A stretch of 62,673 bases of DNA, filler included, from Rhabdomonas costata (taxonomy: Eukaryota): the NCBI GenBank assembly GCA_019059605.1. It is 41 parts of 41 records of this genome, joined end to end, with 100 filler letters (N's around TTAATTAATTAA, not from the genome) between each part and the next. Parts side by side here need not be neighbours in the genome. Positions count along the whole stretch, not along the records: positions 12,258 to 13,689 come from JAHMHO010016121.1; positions 13,790 to 15,221 come from JAHMHO010016122.1; positions 15,322 to 16,753 come from JAHMHO010016123.1; positions 16,854 to 18,285 come from JAHMHO010016124.1; positions 18,386 to 19,817 come from JAHMHO010016125.1; positions 19,918 to 21,349 come from JAHMHO010016126.1; positions 21,450 to 22,880 come from JAHMHO010016127.1; positions 22,981 to 24,411 come from JAHMHO010016128.1; 33 more parts are not named here. One strand, 5' to 3'. The notes beneath the pieces were generated by a model. It did not search any database. It worked only from the letters and a program-made list of their open reading frames with translations, and was not told the origin of the DNA. This document shows, piece by piece, positions 12,258 through 24,679 of the stretch (position 1 is the first letter of the stretch; the number at the start of each line of letters is the position of its first letter). The translations under genes and the position numbers were made by a program.

Positions 12258-13689
12258 GTGTTGGTTGACAACACGGCACAGACGGCCGCGGCTTAGGGTC
12301 AGTGGACGATCCCGTAGAGTAAAATCCCGTCAAAAGATAGCCTGCGTTACAGCAGCCCCAGGTAAGTACAGAGCAGGTAGGGAGGGCAGGTAAGTACACA
12401 ACGTTCCATCAAAAAGTTACGTCTACACCGGAGGAGCCTCCCCATATGTACTGGCTGCACTGGTGGGATTGCATCGCTCACGTAGGTGTCTGGATTCTGG
12501 CACGCTTCTGTGCCTGTCAAAGACAAGAGCTCAGAAGAGAGCGCACTGGAGCAAGTGTCGTTGAGGACGACCGCGAAGCGGGATCGATCAGAGTACCACG
12601 TGACACTTCAAGTCAGACCTGAGCCAAGCTCGATGGCCCAGGTGGAGCGTCCCGCTGATTTGCACAACAAGGATTCACCACTGTCAGCCGCATACAAATA
12701 GGCATTTAGGCGCTGGTCTGTCGAGAAACCGCTACATATGATAAAAATGAGCAGCTAATGTCGTCCTAATGGCTTGCCACGGCAGAAAGGTACCATTGGC
12801 TACACGCATACAGATGCAGATACACCAGCTGGCTGGCGCACAGTGAAGCAGAGGAGCCACGTCCTCTGCTGCAGCCATCCTTGCGAGGAACTCCGACAGA
12901 GCTTGATCATCTCAGGCCGGATTGGCGCGCGGAACCTCGAATGGCGGTGAAGGTATGCTCGCAGAGCCTTCAGAGTGGTGTGCTGAGTGATGGTCTTAGT
13001 GAGATGCATTAGAGACAGCGCCATGGAGACTCAATCCACAACGGTGAAAAGCTGGTCAAGCGTGTCAGCGTTGTAAACCTCGGTTATTTCCACCATAGAT
13101 AGGGCATTCGAGCTTAATTCCGGGTCGTGGAGAAGTGAAAGAAGCTCCAGCAGGAATTTCTGCTGGATACTCAGAGTGGAAACGGCCAGGCTGGAGTCTT
13201 CCATATAACTCAACCAGCCAGGGAGCGCATTTTTAATCCTAGTGGTGCCTGCTTCCGAAGGCCACGAGAAGCCGGCCACAGCTTTGCTCATCTGAACCGT
13301 GTCCGTGATGCGAGAAACATAGGATTAAGCCGAGCAACACTCGCAATGGTTGAGAGCGAAGTGTTGAGGTGCACCACTCCACGGCCTCCTGTGGAAGACT
13401 GCAAGCGAGGGCTACAACCTTTCCAAGACGTCAGAAAATAAGATGAACGTGTCAGCAGCCTCCTGTGCCTAGAATGGATGTACGGGTACCGAAGACCCGA
13501 CCGCTTTGGTTTCCGACCCTAAGTAACTGACGTGACCCAGAGGCAGTGCCGGCAGGAGTGTGACCAAAGCATCGCGGAAGTTGCTCTCAATGGCTTTAGC
13601 CAAAAAAATCACACTACTGAAGAATGAAGTCGTCACCGACGTGGACAGTCCACAGGGCTGCTTGGACTTGAGGGTAGCCACCCACAACC
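12258..13689 (-). pseudogene. Degenerate intronless protein-coding tract of unknown family
   Basis: Consecutive protein-like minus-strand ORFs (13687-13469, 13291-13031, 13024-12800) are broken by single stops or frameshifts, with no splice signals between them. Confidence 0.35.
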
Positions 13690-14102
13690 NNNNNNNNNNN
13701 NNNNNNNNNNNNNNNNNNNNNNNNNNNNNNNNNTTAATTAATTAANNNNNNNNNNNNNNNNNNNNNNNNNNNNNNNNNNNNNNNNNNNNGTTGTGTTTTT
13801 GGAGGATTATGGATTATGCCCCGCTTTCAGACAAGTGCTGTGGAGGCGGACTACAGGGGAGTGATTTGTGATTCGCCTGGCCCAGATTTGTGGTTGGCAT
13901 TAAGTCTGTCCGCCTCCCCGCCTACGCAAGCCGTTTCAGATTCTGTCACCGCGCTATTGTAGTGGCTCGCAGATGTCGGGAGGTGATTTATTTCGCCTTT
14001 TGTCGGGTTGAAGATGGCTTTCTGTGTTTGTTTTGTGTCCATGCCCGTACCCGCTCCTCAGGTTCAGTGGGGATTTGCGCGGTGGCAAGTTACTCGCGGC
14101 AG

Positions 14103-15221
14103 TTCCGTGATCCCACACCTCTGAACAACAACGCCACGATCCAGATGGTTGTGGTCTCTCCGGATGTCACCCTGAGTCCTCATTGGAATCCGTATCCTGC
14201 GGCGAAGGGAGAAAACATTACGCTCACCTTGATCATTAGCAATGCAGTCGCCGGTACGCGAGTCGGCGCCATTCTGCTTGAGTTGCAGCTGCTGTGCTGT
14301 CTGCCCGCATTCCGGGGTTTGCTCGCTTGTGTGTTTGTGTTTGTGTTTGCGTTCTAGTCATTTTTTTGAGGTGACACGCTGCAGACGGGATTCCAATGGT
14401 TGGACGGGATTCCAACGGTTGTTAGTACTCGGAAACTAACGTGCCTGAACCTAAGCTGAATTCCAGCTAAATTCTTCTTTTTTTCTGCTTGATTTTTACC
14501 AACACTGTTTGGTGATTTGAACCTGCTTGAGCAATCCTGCGAGTTGAAGAGGGCATACCACTTATCAATTTTATCTTGCAACCTTGTATTCTTCCGAGGT
14601 CGGAAATCTGGTCCGCACCGCATCGTTTGTCACGAACGTCTGACACTGTGCATGCAAGTGCAGACGGAGATATTTTTCTTTCCTCGCTTCTGCAGTTCGC
14701 AACGAAACACGTTGTCCTTTGGGCAACAACACCTCCGCCCAGTGCAACGTCGAATCAGATTACTTGGGACCCTTCGAGGAATACGTCACCCTGCAAATTC
14801 TGGTTCCACTCGACTTTGCGAATGACTCACTTCACCTGTCTGCATCTGTGAGCCTTGTCTCCGGAAAAATTGAACAGTACGTGCTAATCCCTATACCGAT
14901 GTCCCCAACTCCAACGCCCACGTCTTTACTTTCGTCGTCACCAACATTATCTACAGCCTTCTCCCCCACCGCAACTCTCACATCCACACCCATTATTACC
15001 CTGACTTCAACTTCCAGCCCGACATTCACTCCTACCCCTAGCCCAACTTCCAGTGTGACCTCGATACCCATTTCCACACCCACATGCACTCCTTCGCGCA
15101 CTTCATCAGCCACACCTTCTTGCCTTCTTGCGCCTTCTTGCGCGCCAAGCTTCACTCCAACGCCTTCACCCACGCCGTCTCCTTCTTGCACGCCCACGAA
15201 CACACCCACGCCCACCAACCC
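14103..15221 (+). CDS. Putative surface glycoprotein: Ig/DUF11-like segment followed by a Thr/Pro/Ser-rich mucin-like stalk (exons about 14103-14253 and 14696 to contig end)
   Basis: [18 protein letters not shown], several NxS/T sequons, and a long TPTPSPT-type low-complexity run from about 14900 to 15221. Confidence 0.6.
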
Positions 15222-16853
15222 NNNNNNNNNNNNNNNNNNNNNNNNNNNNNNNNNNNNNNNNNNNNTTAATTAATTAANNNNNNNNNNNNNNNNNNNNNNN
15301 NNNNNNNNNNNNNNNNNNNNNGTTGTGTGTGTCATTCTTAATCCCTCTCCCTTCCCCTGCCCTTCAACTCAGCACAGTTCAGCGGAAGGGCAGGGGAAGG
15401 GAGAGGGATTAAGAATGACACAATCTTTCCACACATTAAGCCCCCCCCCAAAAAAAAATGGCACTGGACGCGAACTTTGCCACCACAACAAGGTTGAATC
15501 TGGTAACCGGAATAGGCCATGATGACGGAACAATGCAGCAATGCCCTGAGTTCTGTTCGACGGAGAGGGTAGGGGAACTGGAGAAAATGAAGGGGGGAGG
15601 GGGAGGAGAGCTACAGGAATTTTAATGGCGCTTCTCAATCAGAAGTATCACTGCGCCATTTTAAATGAAAGGCCCTGCAGTAATTCATACCGCTGATGTT
15701 TCGCATCAGGGTCTCGGTGTTCAGGTATCGACCGGGTTGGCATTTGGGCTCAAAGTCCGACTTGCACGAGCCCGTTGGGACGGCACTCGATACGTCGGCA
15801 CTAACCTGACGTGACCCCAACCCCGGAGCACGGAGCTCCTCTCCGCCCAGTCGGAGGCTGAGGCGCCCACTATCCCCGTTTTTTTTTCGGGGATTCCACC
15901 AGAGCTGCTCCCAGGACAGCGCCGTATCTGGCGGTTTTCATATGCGAATTTGGCGGCCCGGATGCGGAAGAAGTCGGGTACTGCGCGGGCGAACCTTTGC
16001 AGACTGCCCTCGGAGGCGTGTAATGCAACCATGCAGCGACTACCCCCAAGGAAGGCGCGCCCTGCCCCGCTCGCAACCAGGGAACCTGGGCGTGTACTGT
16101 GCGGGCTCGGGACCGTAATTGACCCAAGGCGGTTCACAACCGCTCGACCCACACAGACTACCCAGAATATCCACCCCTGAGGGCGTGTACTCCTTCAACC
16201 TAACCAGACTTCCCCCAGGTCAGGGCAGGCGTTGGGAGATTGGCCGGCCCAGGGTGGGCCGTTTCCTCCCTCCGCCACATGGAGGCTCCCCTATCCGACT
16301 TCGGATTACGGTGACGACCCGCAACCAGGAGTCGTCACCATGGCCTGATATTTTGTATCAAGAACAAAGGGCTGAACCCCTGCAATTCATCAACTCCGGA
16401 GCAAGCCCCGCGGTTAATATGAGCAACACACGTAACTAGAAACATAGGCATCTAAAAAGCGCTCTATCTCGTGCATCCCCATTGAAGTTGGCAGCTGTGA
16501 AGTCACGCTGGAAGAAGGCGATGATGCGCTGGCCCAGGCCCATATCAACGTCTCCAGTCGCTGGCAGCTCTGCCTTGGCCGGGGCCACCGGATTGAGAAG
16601 AGGAGATAGGATGAGTTGGAGTCGCTCCCAGAAAACGCCACACAGTGATCACTCTAGGCTCAGATTTAACTTGATAGAGAACTAGCCTTTATGCCTTGGA
16701 ACCAAGATGAGGAATCGGGTAAGAATGTAAGGTATGCGAGCTTCCCCACACCCNNNNNNNNNNNNNNNNNNNNNNNNNNNNNNNNNNNNNNNNNNNNTTA
16801 ATTAATTAANNNNNNNNNNNNNNNNNNNNNNNNNNNNNNNNNNNNNNNNNNNN

Positions 16854-17490
16854 GGGTTGTTTGTATCTGATGCCGAAATGTTGTTGGGGTTGAAATTTGG
16901 TTCGTTAACAAAGGCCAAAATCTCTCCTGTGTTGACATCTGCTACAATGGCGCTGGCAGTTTTCGCTCTGGTTGCATTTTTTATTTTTACCATTTCCTCA
17001 CAAACGATGCTCTGCAGGGCAAGATCTATGCTCAGCTCCACCGGTTCATTATTTACCTGACTCTTAATTTGTTCGTCTAATCCCCTTTCGATACCAGCTA
17101 ACCCATTTCCATCTGTGTCTACGTAGCCGGTTATATGCGCCAGTAGACTTCCATGAGGATAAAAGCGCTTATAGTCCCGTACACATTCTATACCCTCTAC
17201 ACCAAGTGCGTTGATCGCATCTTCTTCCGTTGGTGTGATGTTCTTTCGGATCCAGACAAAATTTCTCTGAGACGTAAGTTTTCTTAATACCTGTGAATAG
17301 TTTGTGTCCCTGAGCATCGCCGAGACCATTTTGGCGAGTTTCTTAGGATCATCTACCTTTTTCGGGTGCGCGAACAGACTGGCCGTCGGAATATTCTCGG
17401 CGATCGGGTTTCCATATCTATCGATTATTTCCCTTCTCACTAGGACGTGTGCTGCCGTTTTTTGTTGATTGAGTAGTAGAAACTCTTTAA
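16854..17490 (-). CDS. ftsI: Bacterial penicillin-binding protein 3 fragment (dimerisation domain and start of transpeptidase domain), Rickettsiales-like
   Basis: RREIIDRYG..IA.NIPTASLFAHPK, FVWIRK, KRFYPHGSLLAHITGYVDTDGNGLAGIE, LSIDLALQ, DVNTGEILAFVNEPNFNPN. No introns, and lower GC than the adjoining DNA. Confidence 0.93.
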
Positions 17491-17581
17491 CCTCCCCCCC
17501 CCCTAGAAAATGCTACTGTTCCTTGGTTTTTATCACCCAAAGGCATACGGGTTTGTACGTAGTGTTGTGTGTGCTCTGCAG

Positions 17582-17684
17582 AGCTGAAGGCGGCGCTGGG
17601 AAGCCCCGCGGCGGCCTCCTTCAAGCACGTCAGCCCCGCCGGGGCTGCGGTGGCCAAGGTCCCGCTTAGCGCAGAGGAGCTCAA
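17582..17684 (+). CDS. Host-type GC-rich exon of unknown protein
   Basis: TGCAG acceptor, open frame [43 protein letters not shown] donor. Confidence 0.55.
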
Positions 17685-20408
17685 GGTCCGCCCTCCCGGC
17701 CCCTTCTGGATCGCGCTTCCTCCGCTGGCTTTGTGTGATGGGCCTGTGTTCTTTCTCCTTGCTGTATTTTAGTCAATTGCTGTTTCTGCACACATCACTG
17801 TGTGTTTGTGTGGCACGCAATAGGTGTGCATGGTGGATGACATGGGCCCGCTTTCCCCCATCGCCTCGGCCTATGCTCGGGCCCGGGGTGCGGATCGCAT
17901 GTCCTCTTTCGGGGACTTCATCGTATGCACCCTTTGTGCTGTAGTTTTTCTTGTGTCAAAGAAAGGCGGTGCACGCGGGCTGTGTTTGTAAACGAAACTT
18001 CACTGTATTGCGGAAAGCCCCTTCGGCTATCGTGCCTCTAGCGCACCCACTTTCCCTTTCATGCAAACGACACTGTGGGCACACAAAGCAGTCCTTGCAC
18101 TCTGATGTCCTCTGCGACGGTTGCACTGGGCGTCATAAAAGCAACGTCGAAACCACGGTTAACAAAACATGCTCCCCTCTAAATCTAAACGGTAAAGGAG
18201 CACGCGAACACACGGAGGTGTGATCTAGGAACTCAGCTTGAGAAAGGGAATTGCTTTCACCAACAAACCCAAACACACCCACCACNNNNNNNNNNNNNNN
18301 NNNNNNNNNNNNNNNNNNNNNNNNNNNNNTTAATTAATTAANNNNNNNNNNNNNNNNNNNNNNNNNNNNNNNNNNNNNNNNNNNNGTGGGTGAAACAAGG
18401 AACAATGAAAACAAAACAACTACAGGAAAGCACTTCTCCGTTGTCATTCTTCTTGTTTTCATTGTTCCTTGTTTCACCCGTTCCACTTCTCGGTCTCACC
18501 GTTTCACAAGTCGTGGAAGAAAAGGCAAGACACGGGCGAACCACAGCATATAAGGCCCCCCGCTTGCTGTGGAGGTGCTCGAGGTGACATCATAGGTCTT
18601 CGCAATCTCATTCCCCATCGCTCAAGGAAAGAAAAACTTATAGCGGCGTGAGCCACAGGGTCCGTGGTTTGCAAAGGAAGTCCATAGTCCACAGGGCGAG
18701 CGAGCTTGATCGCATAACACAAACAAAAGAGCACACGATGCAGGAAAACTGCAATAGAAGAGCCTGGATGGACGGTGCAAATGGCGTATAAACACGACCC
18801 ACATAGTCAGATCCTGGCGTGGACCTCATAAATATTGAGGTGGGTCGGACTCATGAGACGAGTTGAAAGGCGCTTTTGGGCATAACACCCGGATTCGGCC
18901 GCTGCTTCAGCAACCATGCAAGGATCTTCTTGCGATTCCTGTAAACCTTTTCATGCATCTTTTTCTTGGAAAAGCGTAATTGGCTGACATAGCGGCGCCC
19001 GACCGTGCCGTGCCAGCGTTGTGCTATTTCCAAACATCTGAATCACGCCTTTCGCCTACCAGCCCACAAACTATCCCGCAGGTAAACACACGACTGCATC
19101 AGATTTTTCCGTGACTTTATTTTGTTTCAAAATTCCATGAAAATGATAGCTTTGCAGGAGTAATAGTAAAAAAACAAGATTGCTCCATTGGGAAGCAAAA
19201 ATACGACTACACAAGATGGAGAAGTTACCGAACAGCGCCATTCTCAGTCAACAACGATTCGCAGACACGTGCTGTGCACGAGTCCACCACTCGCATTGTA
19301 CACGGCAGGGGCATTGTGAAACTGTACAGAAGCCTGACAGGTGAGCAAAGGGCGCATGATCACGTCACACATGGGAAACAGAAACGTCCAGGCATACCAA
19401 CGTAAGAACGAACACAACTTGCCCAATGAACATCAGCACAAAAAAAGGGGGGAGGGGGGCACAGAGGATAAATGGAGATGGATGCGTGAGAAAGGGCTTG
19501 CAAAGTGTGGGTGGGGTGAGTGTGACACACTGAGGTGAAAACATAGGAGTAATGCTGCCAGAGGCAGCGGTGTTCGGAAGGGAGGAGGAGAAAAGGTGAG
19601 AAAGTGGTGGTGGCGACTCTTGGCCTGTGCGACGCACTGAGGTGATATCTCAGGAACACCTGCAGTGGCTTGAACAAGGCCTTCGCGGGAACAAAAAAGG
19701 GAAAGAAGAAGGAGGGAGTTCAAGAACGTTAAATTGTGTCCAGATTTCTTTGCAATGTGCCCCCTTCCAAAAACTGTCAGGACGAACTGACACACACACC
19801 CCAAACACACCCACCACNNNNNNNNNNNNNNNNNNNNNNNNNNNNNNNNNNNNNNNNNNNNTTAATTAATTAANNNNNNNNNNNNNNNNNNNNNNNNNNN
19901 NNNNNNNNNNNNNNNNNGGGTGTGGGGTGAGGCGCGGCGCGAGTTCGGGGAGTTTGGTGTATCAAGACGAGTTGCGGAGCGAAGGTGGTTAAGTCACCTT
20001 CTGAGGAGTTTGAGAAGCGACCGAGAGGGTGTGAAGGAGTAGCAGGTTGAGACCGAGAGTCGTCGACCAAAAGTACATAGGCTTGGGCAGCTGCATGGAG
20101 TGGTTGCGGCCAGGATCTACCCGGCCCTCGGCGAAAGCGAGACCAACCCGGTGGAAAGAAAGTCCCATCACCTAGGTGAATTGAAAGCGCTCGCAAAGCG
20201 AAATCTTGTCGGGAGGGACCACGGAGGCGAGCGGATCGAGTGAGCCACGTGGGGAAGTCGCAAGAGCTACGTAATTGGTCCGAGCCCGCCGTGCCGTCTG
20301 ACAGCAGAGGAAGAGTTAATGAGATCCTCTGCGGAGAAGAGGTACCACGTATCACCACCACACCATAACGGTTGACGGAGCATTCATCGACCGGTTAGGA
20401 CTCATGTG

Positions 20409-21349
20409 AGAAGACAACCGTACTTTTGTTCCAGCTTCCGTAATTGCGGAAATCATTCAAAAGTACCACGATTCCCCTGCAGCTGGACATTGGGTAATTC
20501 AACTGACCGTAGCCATGATCAAACGTCGCTACAACTTTCCACACATCAAGCGAAGCGTCCGCGACTATGTCAAAACATGCCACCAGTGTCAACTGAGTAA
20601 GGCAGAGCACCATCTACCGCGTGGTCTACTGGAAGCTCTAAAGATTACTAAACGAAAATGGCAGTATGTCTCAATGGACTGGACAAACGTGGATGAGTGC
20701 CAACTACAAGGCAACCGAATGGTCTTTGAAGAGATCCTAAAGGTCACAGACAGTGGAACAAAAATGGTTCATTTGATTCCAATCAACAAGCACCACACTG
20801 CAGAGATGACAGCAGACCAGTTTTTGGATGCTGTTGTCAAGTACCATGGGCTACCGCGAAGTTTGGTCTCCGACAGGGATCAGCTTTTTATGCGGACCTT
20901 TTGGAAGACAGTGTGCAGAGCCCTGGACATCAAAATACGAGCTTCAACCTCGTACCATCCACAGACTAACTGGCAAGCTGAACGGACTAATCAGACACTA
21001 AAGCAGGTCCTCAGAATACTGCAGATCCAACGACCTAACGTTCCCTGGATTCATCACATATCGTTTGGCGGAAATGGCCGTCAACAAAGCTTCAATCGCT
21101 AGCACGTAGTTTAGTCCATACTACCTGAACTATGGATTCCACCATGTTCTCTTTGGTGATCTACCAGATGCTGCCTATCCGGAGCAGTTCTACGCTAGAG
21201 ACAGTCAAGGAGTTTGTCAAGCGGTTGAAACAAAATTGGAAAGACATTCAGGCCTCCTTTGAAAAGAACCAAGAAAGCATGGTGGCTGAAGCCAACAGAA
21301 AACGACGGGACTACGAGTTCAGCGTAGGCAATTTGGTACTGGTCAACCA
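20409..21349 (+). mobile_element. Ty3/Gypsy LTR-retrotransposon integrase, degenerate
   Basis: HHCC finger (YHDSPAAGH...CHQCQ), SMDW, YHGLPRSLVSDRD and YHPQTNWQAERTNQTL. Frameshift and stop at about 21065-21110. C-terminal ANRKRRDYEFSVGNLVLV. Confidence 0.95.
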
Positions 21350-22029
21350 NNNNNNNNNNNNNNNNNNNNNNNNNNNNNNNNNNNNNNNNNNNNTTAATTA
21401 ATTAANNNNNNNNNNNNNNNNNNNNNNNNNNNNNNNNNNNNNNNNNNNNTGTGTTTTGTGTACGTGTGCGGTTGCACATGACCTTTTTCCCATTGTTGTC
21501 GTATGGCGGTGAGCAAGTGCACAGGGCGGTGTGCCACAATTGCAAATCTTTCTCTCATGCTTATTCCGGATACCATTCCAAATTTGCCTGTACCTATCAA
21601 ATGACAGGGGACGCATCACCGCTTATTTTTACTCGAAGCCCCATGGGTACATGAGTAAAACAACCAACGATAAGCTGATGCTAGAGTGGCGGGGGGGGGG
21701 ATAGGGAGCCTTACTGGTGTGGGGATAAACTCCTGGAGGGAGAAGGGTACTTACTTGGGACGTTGACAGCTTTCAAGCCCCTGTGTCGCATCTCGACGCA
21801 TGAAGGCAATGAAGGCTTAAAGGGCTCCATTCGGGCCATTTGATTGGACACTATCGCACACGGAGGTTGAAGTTTTGCTTCTTACTTGGCAACTTCCCAT
21901 CCTTGATGGCAGTGTAAGCGCCCAGCAACCTGGAAAAAAAACGGTGGACTCGTTAGCAGGTGGTGGTTTCTGTGTGACTGGCGATGAGATTTGGGATGGC
22001 ATGGGATTAAGGGAGCGAGGCTTCACCAC

Positions 22030-22369
22030 CGGAGGTGGCGATGCTGGGCCGCAGGGTGACATCGTGCTCAACGCTGGACTCTGGCGTAATGGGGTCTGCT
22101 GCGGTGAGCAGGAACAGGGGCTCGTACACCGTGGTCACCTCGGCTTTGCCCCGCACAAGCACCCGGCCCAGCTTGCGGAACACCACCCCTCTCACCCCTT
22201 GCTGCAACGGTTGCCCATCGGCATCGCAGGGCCCACTGGCGTCCTCGCTTCCGCTACAGCTCCAGGGGCCCTCAGGGGGCCCACTGCCCTCCCCCAGGGT
22301 TGGCGAGGAGGGGCTGTTGCATGCACCCAGGTAGGTTGGTTCCGAGACAAGCACCACCGTGCGGAAAAT
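22030..22369 (-). CDS. Class III adenylate/guanylate cyclase catalytic domain, C-terminal exon
   Basis: After a TTCAG acceptor: IFRTVVLVSEPTY ... FRKLGRVLVRGKAEVTTVYEPL, matching the class III ILVSE.TY and R.LG.+.VKGK...VYE motifs. Confidence 0.8.
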
Positions 22370-23189
22370 CTGAAGACCCCGGGGATTCAGATGTATAGCC
22401 CTTCCTTCTCTCTTTCCTATTTTTTTTAATTCTTAAGTGTTATGTTCAGGGAGGGATGCTTAAGGCAAGTTGGTTGATGTGATATGCGGTTAGAAAGATA
22501 TCGCGTTGATCGTTGAGGGTCTGATGGTGATGGTAGGCGACAGGCAACGGTGAGGCCGGCAGGGTAGCGTTTGCACTTTAATGAAGTTGGTGGTTGGCGA
22601 CTGGGGAAGCGATCCAGCAGGGGTCAGGTTCTTCTCCCCAAAACATACAATGAAAACGCCGACCCCAGTGCGAACAGGAGAGGAGAGGCGATTGTTAATA
22701 ACAACCACCAAACTACAGCCCCCCCCCACACGCTCCATTACTCTTAAAAGTGGCGATATTTTTGAAATAACCCCATCCCATTTTGGCGGTTATAATATTT
22801 GCATAGGGTATTTGGGGTTGGGGTGGGGCCAAGACAGGTGGAGAAGGGCCATACGCGAGAAGTGTTGGCACCCATATTGGNNNNNNNNNNNNNNNNNNNN
22901 NNNNNNNNNNNNNNNNNNNNNNNNTTAATTAATTAANNNNNNNNNNNNNNNNNNNNNNNNNNNNNNNNNNNNNNNNNNNNCCCGTTGTGCTGGTGTACCC
23001 ATGTGTAGCAGGCATATAGTGCTTTGTTGGAAGGGATACCAGTAGAATGGTTTAAAAAAATAATCCTGCGATTTTATTGACCGGTTAAATTTTAATTAGC
23101 AACGACGAAGAGAAGCACCAGGCGGCAAATTAAGGTTGCGAGTGCGGGGAGCGGGCCGTGCTCTGGAGGAAGAAGGGCTCCTTGCTGGA

Positions 23190-23243
23190 TCACCCGTGCT
23201 GTTCACCTGTGGGCAAGCCTTTGGAGATCCCGTTGCCCCCGTG

Positions 23244-23285
<42 letters not shown>

Positions 23286-23549
23286 CGGGATCCTCTTCTT
23301 CACCGCGGCGGCCAGGTGGCTCAGCATGACGTCGATCCTCCTCAGACTGCTCTCGGGCACGGCCTTGGGGCTAGCCAGGAGGATTCCCAGCACGCTCTGC
23401 AGCAGAAGCACTGGGGGGCAGGCTCCGTCCTCGGTGAGGATGCCTGCCATCGCCTCCGCGGCGGCTGCCGCGGAGTCCCCGCCGCTGCTGTCGCTGACGT
23501 CGCTGTCAGGCTCTGGACTTGCCAGAGGGGAGGCCACCAGGGTCGACAT
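23190..23549 (-). CDS. Hypothetical protein or first exon with a Gly-Asn repeat
   Basis: GC3-rich ORF from ATG. (GGCAAC)n encodes GNGNGNGNGNGNG at about 23247-23287. Confidence 0.5.
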
Positions 23550-24583
23550 TTTATCGGGGTTGGTCAGGGGAGTTTTGGTTTGGTTTTGTCAATGTGATGT
23601 CAGAGATTTTGTCCGTGAAAACTTTTGGTGTGAGTGCTCGGGTAAAGGTGCGGAATTCATGAGTTTGGTTTCGCAGCAAAGAAATCCTTTCCCATCCAAT
23701 TTTACAAATATTCTATACAAAACTTTAATGGTTACAAAAGAGGTGCTAGCGAGTCGGGTGCAAGTTCGACGTTCGGCAGATGTTCGGGTTGCTGCCACCG
23801 TTTTTATTGTTTTGTGTATGCCAGTGCCACCAATGACCGATTTTTCATAGAAGAAAATGCTGCAACGGGGCTGACAACGAGACCCAAATCAAGAAGACTG
23901 TTTCAGCAGATTCCAAAACCTTTGCCGCAACAAAGGGTTCGAAAGGAAGCAGTTTACGATTAGGGCAAAGCGCCATTAATCGATGCCAGAGGCATTCCCT
24001 GCTAATCTATTCAGGGGATGGAACGCAAAGCAGAAAAGTATCCCTAAAGATGGGGAATGTTTTGCAGAGGCGATTATGAAGCGAGCAGAACTGTGAATTG
24101 TGAACTATGGTCTGATAATGATCGCATCATTTTTTTTGGGGGGGGGGCTGCAAAAGCAGAACCGTGAAACAGTGATATCCCTCCCCTCCCGAAGCTCCCT
24201 CGGTCTCTCCTCTCACTTAACTACTTGACTTCTTTGTTAAGATGTCTGGGCCGCACCTCACTCTGTTATGCAAAAGCTCACTGGCCTTTTCTTCACTGCA
24301 TCGTATTGGCTACCCTGCCTTTGGCCTTTGGACAACCTGCCAGGCTGAACTGGCTGTACACGTTTCCCAGAAAAATGCAAAGAAAAAGCACCCTGCCTGC
24401 CGCTTCTATACNNNNNNNNNNNNNNNNNNNNNNNNNNNNNNNNNNNNNNNNNNNNTTAATTAATTAANNNNNNNNNNNNNNNNNNNNNNNNNNNNNNNNN
24501 NNNNNNNNNNNTCCTGCGCAAGGACTTCGTGTTTTTTTGGGTCGCTCTTTGTGTGCTTTGAGTGTCACTATTTGTGGTGGTGA

Positions 24584-24657
24584 GCAGAAAGCAGAAAGCA
24601 GAAAGCAGAAAGCAGAAAGCAGAAAGCAGAAAGCAGAAAGCAGAAAGCAGAAAGCAG
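24584..24657 (+). repeat. Heptamer tandem repeat (GCAGAAA)n, about 10.5 copies, probably intronic
   Basis: Read directly from the sequence. Confidence 0.97.
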
Positions 24658-24679
24658 ACCCGTACAAAGCTGAAACACT

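Noticed and set aside
15640-16753. Possible gag-like or retroelement ORF fragments
   Set aside because: No recognisable motif, so no call could be supported.
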